This document shows, piece by piece, positions 28,338 through 37,893 of a DNA stretch of 64,000 nucleotides (within the stretch, counting starts at the first letter, position 1; each line of letters begins with the position of its first letter). The stretch spans positions 6,054-70,053 of the forward strand of contig JBLINH010000001.1 of assembly GCA_047639165.1 (NCBI GenBank), given 5' to 3'. The DNA is from Minisyncoccia bacterium. GTDB lineage: Bacteria > Patescibacteriota > Minisyncoccia > Phycocordibacterales > JAACPR01. The notes under the pieces were generated by a model. It saw only the letters and a list, made by a program, of their open reading frames with translations. It was not told the DNA's origin and did no database searches. Made by a program: the position numbers and the translations under genes.

Positions 28338-29294
28338 TTATTTAAGACTAATCTTATTCTTTTTTAATACAGCCTTAATTTCTAGAAGACCTTTATTTCC
28401 TAATCCATCAAGTTCTAGGATATCATCTTCATTCTTTCGAGTAAGACCACCTACTGTTCTTATGTTGGCGTTGATTAGAGAATTGACTGTTCTTGAAGAA
28501 AGATCAAGAGATTCTACTCTAGTCTTTAGGAAGTCGTTCATTTCTTCCTTATCAGTCTCTTCCTCAACAACTTCTTCCTTTGGAGCTTCTATTTCAAATT
28601 CTTCTTTGAATCCAACAACTGCCTTTAGTTGTGAAATCATAATTCCAATTGAGTTTTCAAGAGCTTCCTTTGGAGTAATTGTTCCGTCAGTTTCAATTAT
28701 CATTCGTAATCTATTGAAATCAGTTCTTTCTCCTACTCTCATGTTCTCTGTCTCGTACTGTACTCGTCTAATTGGGGTGAAAATTGCATCAAGAGCGATT
28801 GTACCAACTTCAACCCTGTCTTTGTGTACTAATTCTTTTGAAACAAAACCTAGTCCCTTTTCTACAGTAAATTCGATATCAATATCAGTGTTTTTATCTG
28901 TAACTTCAAATATTGGTTGATTTTTGTTGATTATTTCAATCTGACTTGGAGCTTCAATGTCTTTTGCAGTGATTGATTTAATACCCTTTGATTTGATAGA
29001 CATTTTTAGAGGCTCATTACCTTCTAGTTTTAGTCTTATCTTTTTTACGTTAAGAATGATGTTAATAACATCTTCTTTAACTCCTTCGATTGTAGAAAAT
29101 TCGTGATTTACACCATTTACTTTAATTTGAGTGATAGCAGCACCTGTAAGTGATGATAGGATTATTCGTCTCAATGAGTTACCTAGAGTGTGTCCATATC
29201 CAGGATATAGTCCATCAATCTCGTATGTTCCTTTTGATCCCTCTTCTGAAATAATTTTTGGTTTAGATGGAAGTGTAATATTTTGGTCGGACAT
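28338..29294 (-). CDS. rpoA: DNA-directed RNA polymerase subunit alpha
   Basis: GYGHTLGNSLRRIILSSLTGAA and a C-terminal domain with HhH. Confidence 0.9.
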   Translation of the reverse strand: MSDQNITLPSKPKIISEEGSKGTYEIDGLYPGYGHTLGNSLRRIILSSLTGAAITQIKVNGVNHEFSTIEGVKEDVINIILNVKKIRLKLEGNEPLKMSIKSKGIKSITAKDIEAPSQIEIINKNQPIFEVTDKNTDIDIEFTVEKGLGFVSKELVHKDRVEVGTIALDAIFTPIRRVQYETENMRVGERTDFNRLRMIIETDGTITPKEALENSIGIMISQLKAVVGFKEEFEIEAPKEEVVEEETDKEEMNDFLKTRVESLDLSSRTVNSLINANIRTVGGLTRKNEDDILELDGLGNKGLLEIKAVLKKNKISLK

Positions 29295-29360
29295 AGTAAT
29301 ATTATTTAAATTTTATTTTAGCTTGTAAACTGTACCGTATTTTACGTAATTAAGCAAGAC

Positions 29361-29969
29361 TTATCGCTTGTAGTACTGCAATACTGATGGTAAATCGAAA
29401 TCGCTTTCTGAAGATGAGTATTCTGGCTCTCCTTTAATATTTATTTCCTTCTTGGCTGCGTTTACTAAAACCCACTTTGGAACTGGTCTTAAGTTAGTAT
29501 CTTTATCAGTAAGATCAACCCAAAGTCCTTTTCCAATACTTGCTTCTTTAATGGCTACAACATCACCATCTTTTACTTGATATGATGGAATGTTCATTTT
29601 CTTACCGTTTACAGTGATGTGCCCATGTGACACGGCTTGTCTTGAAGCTTGTCTTGTCTTTACAAAGTTGCTTCTAAACACAACGTTATCTAGTCTTTTC
29701 TCAAGTAGAGCAGATAGTTTTTCACTTGGATTACTCAATTTCTTCTCGATAACAGCTTTAACGTAGTTTGAAAACTGTTTTTCTGTAAGACCGTATGTAA
29801 ATCTAACCTTTTGCTTATCAATCAACTGAATCCCGTAGTTTGATCTTGGTCGTCTAGTTCTTTTTACTCTTCGTGATTGTTCACGTAGTACGAACTTAGG
29901 ATCTTGAGTTTTCTCAAAAACAGTATGTCCAAGTCTTCTTGCTATTTTGTATTTAGGTCCGGTTATCAT
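29361..29969 (-). CDS. rpsD: 30S ribosomal protein S4
   Basis: MITGPKYKIARRLG and an S4 RNA-binding domain. Confidence 0.9.
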   Translation of the reverse strand: MITGPKYKIARRLGHTVFEKTQDPKFVLREQSRRVKRTRRPRSNYGIQLIDKQKVRFTYGLTEKQFSNYVKAVIEKKLSNPSEKLSALLEKRLDNVVFRSNFVKTRQASRQAVSHGHITVNGKKMNIPSYQVKDGDVVAIKEASIGKGLWVDLTDKDTNLRPVPKWVLVNAAKKEINIKGEPEYSSSESDFDLPSVLQYYKR

Positions 29970-29983
29970 GATTATTTAATATA

Positions 29984-30412
29984 TTAAACTCTTCGTGGCT
30001 TACGAATAGTTGGTCCATTATGTGGAACAGGTGTTCGGTCCTTGATAGAACTGATTTGAATACCTTTTGAAACAAATCCTCGAACAGCAGCTTCTCGTCC
30101 AGAACCCACTCCCTTGATGACAACATCAATCTCTTTAAGACCTATTTGTTCTGCTTTTTCAAGAAGTGTCTCTCCTATCTTAGCGGCAGCGAAAGGTGTT
30201 CCTTTCTTTGCTCCTTTGAATCCTAGAGCTCCACTTGAAGATGCGATAATTAGATTACCGTTCATGTCTGTAAGAGCCACCTTGGTGTTATTGTATGTAG
30301 ATTGAACATGCAAAATACCCTTATCTAGTTTTCTCCTAGATAGTTTACGTGATGATGCTCTTTTTGCTATTTCATCACTAGATCCTTTTTTTACAATTCG
30401 TTTCTTTCCCAT
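29984..30412 (-). CDS. rpsK: 30S ribosomal protein S11
   Basis: S11 signature region GFKGAKKGTPFAA. Confidence 0.9.
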   Translation of the reverse strand: MGKKRIVKKGSSDEIAKRASSRKLSRRKLDKGILHVQSTYNNTKVALTDMNGNLIIASSSGALGFKGAKKGTPFAAAKIGETLLEKAEQIGLKEIDVVIKGVGSGREAAVRGFVSKGIQISSIKDRTPVPHNGPTIRKPRRV

Positions 30413-30417
30413 ATATA

Positions 30418-30798
30418 TTATTTCTTATCTACTGATCTTCGTCCTGATCCCATAGTATTTCGAGTGTTACCTCGTACTGTCCTACAGTTTGTTTTTGAAC
30501 GTTGTCCTCGGGCTGGAAGCCTTTTGGCATGTCGAGATCCTCTGTATGATTGAATGTCTTTAAGTCTTTTAACGTTTCCTGCTACATCTCGTTTTAGATC
30601 TCCTTCGATTTTAAACTTTTCGATCTCTGTTCTTATTGTATTTTCTTGCTCAGGAGTTAAATCCTTAGCTTTTGTACCAAAGTCAACCTTAACAGATTCT
30701 AGGATCACATGAGCACGTGGACGACCAACACCGTGAAGTGTTGTTAGTGAGATTTCCAATCTTTTTTGGTCTGGTATTGTTACTCCTTGAATTCGCAT
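30418..30798 (-). CDS. rpsM: 30S ribosomal protein S13
   Basis: MRIQGVTIPDQKRLEISLTTLHGVG. Confidence 0.9.
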   Translation of the reverse strand: MRIQGVTIPDQKRLEISLTTLHGVGRPRAHVILESVKVDFGTKAKDLTPEQENTIRTEIEKFKIEGDLKRDVAGNVKRLKDIQSYRGSRHAKRLPARGQRSKTNCRTVRGNTRNTMGSGRRSVDKK

Positions 30799-30845
30799 AT
30801 TTGAGTTGAGAGTTTAGCAAAAAAGCCTAAAAAAGTAAAGCTTTT

Positions 30846-31061
30846 TTAGAGTCTTTTAAAAATCCTAGCTTTTCCACCGTACGGTTCTGTCGTAAATGCT
30901 ACCTTGTCACCAACGAGAACTCTAATTCTGTGCATTCTCATTTTTCCTGCAAGATAAGACATTATTTCTGTTCCGTCTTCTAGTCTAATTTTAAACATTA
31001 TATTTGGAAGGGCTTCTACTACGATCCCTTCTCCATTTTCTTCTTTTTTCTCTTCTTTCAT
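30846..31061 (-). CDS. infA: Translation initiation factor IF-1
   Basis: S1-like fold, VVEALPNIMFKIRLEDG...RIRVLVGDKV. Start at the internal Met after the upstream gene's stop. Confidence 0.85.
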   Translation of the reverse strand: MKEEKKEENGEGIVVEALPNIMFKIRLEDGTEIMSYLAGKMRMHRIRVLVGDKVAFTTEPYGGKARIFKRL

Positions 31062-31086
31062 TTGTAACGTATATAATAGCAGTGTT

Positions 31087-32490
31087 TTACTCTTCGTCAA
31101 TGTTTTCAAGCTCTATAATCACATCTATCTTTGAAGCGTCTTTAGGAAAACTCTTTTTCCATAGAGGTTTTACAGTAGCCTCTGCTCTTGTAATGCTTGG
31201 AAAATCTTGAAGAACATCCTTCATATCTTTTCTTTGTGATCCGGCAAGACTTTCTTTTAGGGCCTCTATATCTGTCTGCCAAACAAAGTGAACTTGTCCT
31301 TTTACTAAAACGTTTATCTTGTCATCCTCTGAAGGCGTGATCTCAAATGATATGTTATCAGGGTTTTGAATGGCAATATTCTCATTTAGATTTATATTGC
31401 TCAAGGTTTTTGAAGCCAGTATTGTACCAATTGAGTTTGTGTCGAAAACAAAAGCTTCAAGTGTTCCTTTCAAAGTTATTTCTATTACTGTATCACCTTT
31501 GTCTTCTTCTGATGTTATTTCAAATATAAAACTATCATCTGTATAGTGGATCAAGAAGTTATCAGTTACATCTTCATTGATTTTTGATATTAGATCTTCT
31601 TTAATCTTGGATTTTAGTTCTTCTACCACTTTCTCTTTGTCTTCTTCACTAACTATCTTTTTAATTCCAACAAAACCACCAGTCATACCACCTTGTGTCT
31701 TTGCAGAGAACTTATCAAATTGTTTTAGGCCACTAAAACCTGGGATAGTGAAAGTAGTTTCTTTAATATTGTATTCATCTCCAGTGCTATCAGCAAATAC
31801 TTCAACTATTAATTCACCCGGTACTACCTTTCCATCTACTTCTTTGTACCCTGGTACTGAAATTGAATTATCTACTCTGTATATAAGTCCATCTTCATTT
31901 TGAAATCGTGTGTTCTTTATTAAAGGATATGAGTCTTTTGAATATTTGTTGGATACAACTATCTTTCCAGAAGCTTTTGTTTTTACTGAAGCTTCACCAG
32001 AAGCTTTAACAGTTCCACTGCTTGTAGATTCAATATTCAACGGTTTGTATGAAAGTTCCTCGGAAAGTGCAATATCCACATGATTTGCTTCAAGTGTTGT
32101 TTCTATATTAGCTTGCGCTTCTTTTGGAGAAATTCTAACTTCTGTGCCACTTAAGTTTAATAGGAATATCACAAGAACTAATATTCCGACAATACCACTA
32201 CCAATTATTCCGATCTTCTTAAATCGTCCACCACCTCTCTCTTCGAAATCAGCCATTGAAGAAACACGGGTTCTTTTTGTAGGCTGTGGAGGAGTTACTC
32301 CACTGATAGTTCTTCTGACAGTTCTAACAGGTGCTGCGGTAGATACTCTTGGACCAACTTTGTTTATCTTTACAGCAGCAACTAAAGGCTCCTCTTTAGA
32401 GACCTTTTTCCTGTTCTTGGGAATAGGAATATTCCTGATTGATTTTTTCTGTGCTGGTGGCACAACGTCTTGTAGAAAATTTTTGTCCAT
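31087..32490 (-). CDS. Bitopic membrane protein: basic cytoplasmic N-terminus, one TM, large extracytoplasmic domain
   Basis: 467 aa with a single TM around residues 95-115 and no recognisable catalytic motif. It lies downstream of the FtsA/PilM-like gene. Confidence 0.5.
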   Translation of the reverse strand: MDKNFLQDVVPPAQKKSIRNIPIPKNRKKVSKEEPLVAAVKINKVGPRVSTAAPVRTVRRTISGVTPPQPTKRTRVSSMADFEERGGGRFKKIGIIGSGIVGILVLVIFLLNLSGTEVRISPKEAQANIETTLEANHVDIALSEELSYKPLNIESTSSGTVKASGEASVKTKASGKIVVSNKYSKDSYPLIKNTRFQNEDGLIYRVDNSISVPGYKEVDGKVVPGELIVEVFADSTGDEYNIKETTFTIPGFSGLKQFDKFSAKTQGGMTGGFVGIKKIVSEEDKEKVVEELKSKIKEDLISKINEDVTDNFLIHYTDDSFIFEITSEEDKGDTVIEITLKGTLEAFVFDTNSIGTILASKTLSNINLNENIAIQNPDNISFEITPSEDDKINVLVKGQVHFVWQTDIEALKESLAGSQRKDMKDVLQDFPSITRAEATVKPLWKKSFPKDASKIDVIIELENIDEE

Positions 32491-32529
32491 GACTTATTAT
32501 ATTTTATCTTTTAGAGATTATTTATCAAC

Positions 32530-33714
32530 CTACTTAGTAGACTGATTTAAGAATGTTCCTATTAATTCCATAAATACATCATCTACTACGCCCGGATTAA
32601 CTAATATTTCATCTGAGAAAGTAGAGTGATCTAGCAGGAATACATTAGTTTTTTTGTTAATGTCTATACTATTTACACTAAATTCATTACTTTTAAGAAT
32701 ATTAGTAAATAGGTCTTTTAGATCTTTGTCAACACTAACAAAAATAACTTGAGGTAATTCTCTTTTGTTTCCAAATGTTTCAAGAATTTGTTCTAGCATG
32801 TTTAACCATTCTTTTTCTAGTTTAGGTAGTAGTTTGTTAACTTTCTTTTTACAACTAGTATCTATTTCTTTTTTAGAGATTGTTCTTATTGAAGATATGG
32901 CAGAGGCATAGTCTGTTTCACATTCTTCCATAACTTTTCTTATGAAGTAGTGTTTTCCATGAGGCATACTGACTATGTTCACTAACCTATCATTTCTGAC
33001 TAAACCAATGTCAGTAACTTCACCGCCGATATCTATAAACAAGAAATTTGGAGTATTCTTGAAAATGTTTCTCATCGCACTAAAGAAGATTAGTGGATGT
33101 GTCCTGTGGTTTATATGGTCTACTGTTTCAAAATTATGTTTTATCTTTTTTTCAACTTCGTCGATAGATTCATCTGCTACAGAACTTATGTAGAAAGAAA
33201 TATCTAAATTAGTTATTTTCTTATCGAAAGGATTGGTAAGGTTGTACCCGTTTACGTTTACATACGTAATATCTTTCTCAACTATCGTTTGGCCCTTTGT
33301 ATTACTATTTTTACTTTTCAATTCTTCCTTTACAATTTTCCTGAATATCTCCTTTGTAAATTTAAATGGTTTGTCTTTATCTATATAAACATCTTTAGTA
33401 TGTGATACATACCAAGGAGAAGAATATACAACGTATATATCTTTTACTTTACTAAGAACATCATCGATCTTGGTTTCAGGAAGACCTGTTTCTTTGATAT
33501 CTAAAATTACTTTGTCTAATGTTTTCAAAAGAGTTGTAACAAAAGATGATGAAGTCTGTGAATCTTTAAAATATTCAAATATTCTAGTGGTATAAAGAAT
33601 TGTTGGTATTTCACCTGACATATCAATAATACTCCCTCCGATACTAGAACTTCTAATATCGAAAACTATAGATAAAGTTTTATCCTTTCCTTTTTTACTA
33701 AAAAGAGATGACAT
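32530..33714 (-). CDS. Actin-fold ATPase of the FtsA/PilM family
   Basis: N-terminal LSIVFDIRSSSIGGSII and FIDIGGEVTDIGLV are phosphate-binding motifs of FtsA/PilM/MreB-type ASKHA ATPases. Confidence 0.55.
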   Translation of the reverse strand: MSSLFSKKGKDKTLSIVFDIRSSSIGGSIIDMSGEIPTILYTTRIFEYFKDSQTSSSFVTTLLKTLDKVILDIKETGLPETKIDDVLSKVKDIYVVYSSPWYVSHTKDVYIDKDKPFKFTKEIFRKIVKEELKSKNSNTKGQTIVEKDITYVNVNGYNLTNPFDKKITNLDISFYISSVADESIDEVEKKIKHNFETVDHINHRTHPLIFFSAMRNIFKNTPNFLFIDIGGEVTDIGLVRNDRLVNIVSMPHGKHYFIRKVMEECETDYASAISSIRTISKKEIDTSCKKKVNKLLPKLEKEWLNMLEQILETFGNKRELPQVIFVSVDKDLKDLFTNILKSNEFSVNSIDINKKTNVFLLDHSTFSDEILVNPGVVDDVFMELIGTFLNQSTK

Positions 33715-33756
33715 ATATTTATATTATATGTTGAGGTGCAAGTTAAAACAATTTAC

Positions 33757-35505
33757 TTATTCCAGTACAGCTTTTATCCTTCGTACTCCGGAAGAAGAAG
33801 CTTCTTCTTTTTTGATTCTAAATTTACCAAGTACACTTGTATTTTCTACGTGAGGACCACCACAAAGTTCTTTACTAACATCTCCAATTGAATAGACTGA
33901 TACAACTTCTCCGTACTTCTCTCCGAAAAGTGAAATCGCACCTTCCGCTTTAGCAGTGTCTATATCCATGTCTTTTTGTTCTACTGATATGCCTTTTTCA
34001 ATTTTGTCATTCACCCACGCTTCTACTTTTTCTTTTTCTTCGTCTGTCATTTTCTCTCCATGTGAAAAATCAAATCTCAATCGATCGGGTGTAATGTTAC
34101 TTCCTTTTTGCTCAACGTTATCTCCCAGGACTTCTCTTAATGCTGCTTGAAGAAGATGCGTCGCTGTATGGTACTTAACTTCCATCTCACTAGTTCCGGA
34201 TAGTCCACCCTTGAACTTACCAGCTGAAGACGTTCTTGAAAGATCCTGATGTTTTTTAAATTCTTCTTCATACTCCTCTCTGTTCACACTAGTCCCCTTT
34301 TCTTCTGCGAGTGAAACGGTAAGGTCAATTGGTAGTCCGTATGATGAGAATAGTTTGAAAGCATCGATACCACTAATATCTGCACCAGAAATTTTTCCGA
34401 ACTCACGCAATCCTTGTGAAAGTGTTTTTGAGAATTTTATAACCTCTTCTTCTATTGTAGATTTTATCGTTGTAAGATTTTCTTTTAGTTCAGGATATTG
34501 TTTGTCATATGTATCCAAAATAGCATCTACTAGAGATGATATCTGATCTCCATGTAAGTTATGATTGTTTGTATTAAAAGCAGCTCTCCTAATTAGTCTT
34601 CGGAGTATGTACCCTCGGTCTGTGTTTGATGGGAGTATTCCATCACTGATCAAAAACACCGAAGCTTTAATATGATCAGATAGTATTCTAGCTGATCTTT
34701 CTGTTTTGGTAATTTCTCTAGAAATATTCATCAACTCTTCAAATAGATCTGTGTCATAAACAGAATCTTTTCCTTGTACTACTGCGACCAATCTTCCGAA
34801 CCCAGCTCCAGTGTCAACATTCTTGTTAGGCAACTTACCTATAACCTTCCCTTCTTTTTTTTGATATTCCATGAATACATCGTTCCAAATCTCAACAACT
34901 TCTTGTTTTTCATCTGCTTGTATATATTCTTCCTTTGTTAGATTTCCTAATCCTTCTTTTGTTGTGTCATAGAACATCTCAGAATCAGGACCACAAGGAC
35001 CATTGTCTCCTGCACTCCACCAGTTTGAATCTGCTCCCATATAATATATCCTGTCCTCTTTTATATACTTCTTCCAGATGTTGTATGACTCTTCATCTTT
35101 TGGAGCATTATCATCTCCTTCAAATACAGTTACGTATAACCTTTCTTTATCTAGCCCTAGCTCTTCGGTAAGAAATTCAAAACTCCACTGAATAGTTTCT
35201 TCTTTAAAGTAGTCTCCTAAAGACCAGTTCCCAAGCATCTCAAAAAAAGTATTGTGTGTGTTGTCCCCCACTTCATCTATATCAACAGTACGTAAACACT
35301 TTTGGGAGTCTACCAAACGAGTTCCTTTGGGGTGCTCCTCTCCTAGAATAAATGGAATCAGAGGTTGCATACCAGCAGAATTAAATAAAGTGTTATCAGT
35401 AACACCCTTCTCATCTGTAGGAACTAGAGATGCAGATTTAATAATTGCATGCCCTCTTTCTTCAAAGAATTTTAGAAATTTTTCTCTTATCTCGCTTGAT
35501 TTCAT
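33757..35505 (-). CDS. alaS: Alanine--tRNA ligase, compact form without the C-Ala domain
   Basis: AlaRS catalytic N-terminus (FNSAGMQPL, WSLGDYFKEE) and editing-domain His motif (HTATHLLQAALREVLG). Only 582 aa. Confidence 0.85.
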   Translation of the reverse strand: MKSSEIREKFLKFFEERGHAIIKSASLVPTDEKGVTDNTLFNSAGMQPLIPFILGEEHPKGTRLVDSQKCLRTVDIDEVGDNTHNTFFEMLGNWSLGDYFKEETIQWSFEFLTEELGLDKERLYVTVFEGDDNAPKDEESYNIWKKYIKEDRIYYMGADSNWWSAGDNGPCGPDSEMFYDTTKEGLGNLTKEEYIQADEKQEVVEIWNDVFMEYQKKEGKVIGKLPNKNVDTGAGFGRLVAVVQGKDSVYDTDLFEELMNISREITKTERSARILSDHIKASVFLISDGILPSNTDRGYILRRLIRRAAFNTNNHNLHGDQISSLVDAILDTYDKQYPELKENLTTIKSTIEEEVIKFSKTLSQGLREFGKISGADISGIDAFKLFSSYGLPIDLTVSLAEEKGTSVNREEYEEEFKKHQDLSRTSSAGKFKGGLSGTSEMEVKYHTATHLLQAALREVLGDNVEQKGSNITPDRLRFDFSHGEKMTDEEKEKVEAWVNDKIEKGISVEQKDMDIDTAKAEGAISLFGEKYGEVVSVYSIGDVSKELCGGPHVENTSVLGKFRIKKEEASSSGVRRIKAVLE

Positions 35506-35519
35506 ATGATGACTTTAAT

Positions 35520-35738
35520 TTACTTAACGTATATTTGCAAGATAAAACTTACAATCATTAGCGATATTCCTACGACCGCGTATAACTTCTCTTTTTTAAT
35601 AGTAGTGTAAACATCTTTGTCTAGCTTGTGTTCTTTAAGTACGTGAGAATGTACTCTGACAACAGCCATGGCAATTAATATTTCTCCTAAAAGTTCTAGT
35701 GTTAGTGCTAAAGTGTACATAGTAATTAATGTGAGCAA
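35520..35738 (-). CDS. Small 2-TM membrane protein (72 aa)
   Basis: Two hydrophobic helices. Overlaps the 3' end of the ATP-cone/Mrr gene by 13 nt. Confidence 0.45.
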   Translation of the reverse strand: MLTLITMYTLALTLELLGEILIAMAVVRVHSHVLKEHKLDKDVYTTIKKEKLYAVVGISLMIVSFILQIYVK

Positions 35739-36556
35739 ATAATATCAATATTTTCTATAATCTCATCGATCTTTTCATCTGACAATCCTATTTCTTTCAT
35801 AACTTCTCTCTCGTCCCTTAGAGATCTACAATTAACAATTCCTCTGTCAAGAAGTTCATTCTTATTACTCTTTGAGAGCTGAGCTACACAAGTTAATGGG
35901 TGTAGAGTCGTCTCTTCCATAAGATCGTACAGATTCCCTTTTTTGGGGTAGTCCCAACTGATGAGATCATACGTTCCAACACAGTTAACGTATTTTCGAG
36001 CTGTGTGGGTAAACTTGGTGTTTGTAACCATTAGACCCTGAGTCATTTTTCTTTTTTTACCTCCCAAATGAAATTCTTCACTCTGAAGGTCATCAAAACG
36101 AGCTTTTATATACAAAGCTGTTTTTGTATCTGTTTTTATTCCACTTTTGTTATGAAATTTGGCTTCAGTGATGATAAGCTCCTTTTCGTTATACGCAATA
36201 ATATCTACTTCATGATCAGCACAGTGACCTTTAAGGGTAACTCCTACTTCAGTGGTAAAACCTTTTGCACTGAATATTTCAGCGATAAACTTTTCAAATG
36301 GAAATCCTGAAGGACCAAGATCTAAAACAGATCTTCTGATTGAATATCTTAAGGCAGATTTTTTTTCTGTTTTTTTCAAAAGCTCAAATGCTTCTTTGTA
36401 TATGTCTGTAGTTGTTGAACCGTCTTTAATATCTTTTTGGATCTTACTTGTTATGTCGTTTGCGACAAATACAGTTGCCCCTGCACGCTCTAGTGATCCT
36501 TTTAACTTATCAGGATCGAAAGACTCTTTTTCCCCATTGTTCTTAACGATTTTCAT
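35726..36556 (-). CDS. ATP-cone domain fused to an Mrr-type (PD-(D/E)xK) restriction-endonuclease-like domain
   Basis: N-terminal MKIVKNNGEKESFDPDKLKGSLERAG...RYSIRR is a canonical ATP-cone. Then FEKFIAEIF...DHEVDIIAYNEKELIITEAKFH gives a D..(D/E)xK core. Confidence 0.7.
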   Translation of the reverse strand: MKIVKNNGEKESFDPDKLKGSLERAGATVFVANDITSKIQKDIKDGSTTTDIYKEAFELLKKTEKKSALRYSIRRSVLDLGPSGFPFEKFIAEIFSAKGFTTEVGVTLKGHCADHEVDIIAYNEKELIITEAKFHNKSGIKTDTKTALYIKARFDDLQSEEFHLGGKKRKMTQGLMVTNTKFTHTARKYVNCVGTYDLISWDYPKKGNLYDLMEETTLHPLTCVAQLSKSNKNELLDRGIVNCRSLRDEREVMKEIGLSDEKIDEIIENIDIICSH

Positions 36557-36557
36557 A

Positions 36558-37019
36558 TTAGCTTTTGATAAATAGTTTTACGGTATCAATATCTTGATCC
36601 ACTGGTATCTCAAAGATATTCAATGTTACAAGCTCATCATTTAGTGTGGCTGTAAAATTTCTATCCTCTGGTCCAGTGTATGTAACTTTCACATCAGTAG
36701 GAGTAATTACTTGAACACAACCATCACCTCCATCAGGATCGTTTATATTGAACTTAATTTCTGATTTATCATCCACATCTACAACTTCAGCATTAAATGA
36801 ATGACATGGACTTGGAAGATCAAGTGTTGAAACAAAAGCATGTTCACCGTCTTTGTATTGATGCTTTGTGATGATATTTATATTAGGTCGGTTAGAATCT
36901 TCCTGGACTGCTTCCTCACGAGGGGTGTTTTCGTTATCACTTCCAGTTGATGAATAGAAGGTAAAACCTACTATCAGAAGAAGTATTACTAAGATGGAAA
37001 TTATGGTTTTCTTATTCAT
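36558..37019 (-). CDS. Small secreted/anchored protein (153 aa)
   Basis: N-terminal signal/TM segment. Lies 1 nt upstream of the ATP-cone/Mrr gene. Confidence 0.45.
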   Translation of the reverse strand: MNKKTIISILVILLLIVGFTFYSSTGSDNENTPREEAVQEDSNRPNINIITKHQYKDGEHAFVSTLDLPSPCHSFNAEVVDVDDKSEIKFNINDPDGGDGCVQVITPTDVKVTYTGPEDRNFTATLNDELVTLNIFEIPVDQDIDTVKLFIKS

Positions 37020-37059
37020 ATAAATGGTGGTTACCTGTAATTTACTAATTATACCCTAA

Positions 37060-37090
37060 AATAAAGGGCACCCCAATGAGGTGCCCGTGT
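37060..37090 (-). terminator. Rho-independent terminator
   Basis: 7-bp GC stem gggcacc/ggtgccc, with a T-run (ttttatttt) on the minus strand after the coiled-coil gene. Confidence 0.55.
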
Positions 37091-37096
37091 TGTGGT

Positions 37097-37423
37097 TTAC
37101 TTAGCGTCTTTAATAGAAGCAACCTCTTCTTCTAGTTTTCCTAACCTCTTTTCTAAGTTTTCGACTGTCTTATCACACTGGTCATTTTTGACTATAAGTT
37201 CGAACACTTCGATTTTACCCTTCATATTCTTTTCCTTTTTTTGGAGAGTTCCAATTTCAATCTTTGCTTTTGTTAGTTCGCTCTCTAATTTAGTCTTTCG
37301 AGATTCTAGATTTGAAACATCTCCACATCTACTGCGAAGACTTTCACTCAGAGTTTCAAGTTCTTCTTTTAGTTTGGTGTTCTCTCTGATAATATCTTCT
37401 ATACTCTTAGAATCAGTACTCAT
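37097..37423 (-). CDS. Coiled-coil protein (108 aa)
   Basis: Heptad-rich and Lys/Glu-rich, with a downstream terminator. The overlapping plus-strand ORF is judged an antisense artefact. Confidence 0.45.
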   Translation of the reverse strand: MSTDSKSIEDIIRENTKLKEELETLSESLRSRCGDVSNLESRKTKLESELTKAKIEIGTLQKKEKNMKGKIEVFELIVKNDQCDKTVENLEKRLGKLEEEVASIKDAK

Positions 37424-37515
37424 TTAATGTCCTTTGTTAAGTTCATTTAGATTCTATATCTATATATTATAAAAAGAAAGCACCCACCGAAGTAGAGTAC
37501 TTTCAGTGGATGTTA

Positions 37516-37800
37516 CTATTGGTTACCCCTGTTCCTTGTCATATGAGTTTTTGCCCATTTAAACATAAGTTTTGAACTTAATTCCCTGTGCATTTTAAGT
37601 TTATCAGGAGATGAAAACTCTACACATTTACGGCAATACATCGCAAGAAGTAGGCCGTCATCATTGGCGTTGGAGTTGTACCAAGTGAGAGTGCTTCGTT
37701 TTCCACACCTCGAACATTTTCTAAAGAAGGTAGACCAAAGAAAAATCAGTACTAATAGTGCGAGCACAATAAATGAAACAATAATTATGGTTTTCATCAT
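37516..37800 (-). CDS. Membrane-anchored zinc-ribbon protein
   Basis: A TM helix followed by CSRCGKR...CRKC (CxxC...CxxC). Confidence 0.4.
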   Translation of the reverse strand: MMKTIIIVSFIVLALLVLIFLWSTFFRKCSRCGKRSTLTWYNSNANDDGLLLAMYCRKCVEFSSPDKLKMHRELSSKLMFKWAKTHMTRNRGNQ

Positions 37801-37893
37801 AGTATGTATTTGGGTCAGGTGTTCTTTTTTGTAGATGTGAATCACCTACTTTCATAATCACGTTACCATATTAAAGTATTTTAACAATTATAC

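Noticed and set aside
30799-30845. Expected rpmJ (L36) between infA and rpsM.
   Set aside because: The gap is only 47 nt with no ORF, so L36 must be encoded elsewhere or absent. This is noted but not evidence of anything unusual by itself.
37092-37427. A 111-aa plus-strand ORF overlapping the coiled-coil gene.
   Set aside because: It is the antisense shadow of a K/E-rich coiled-coil gene and has low-complexity Ser/Leu composition. The minus-strand ORF has a terminator in the correct orientation.
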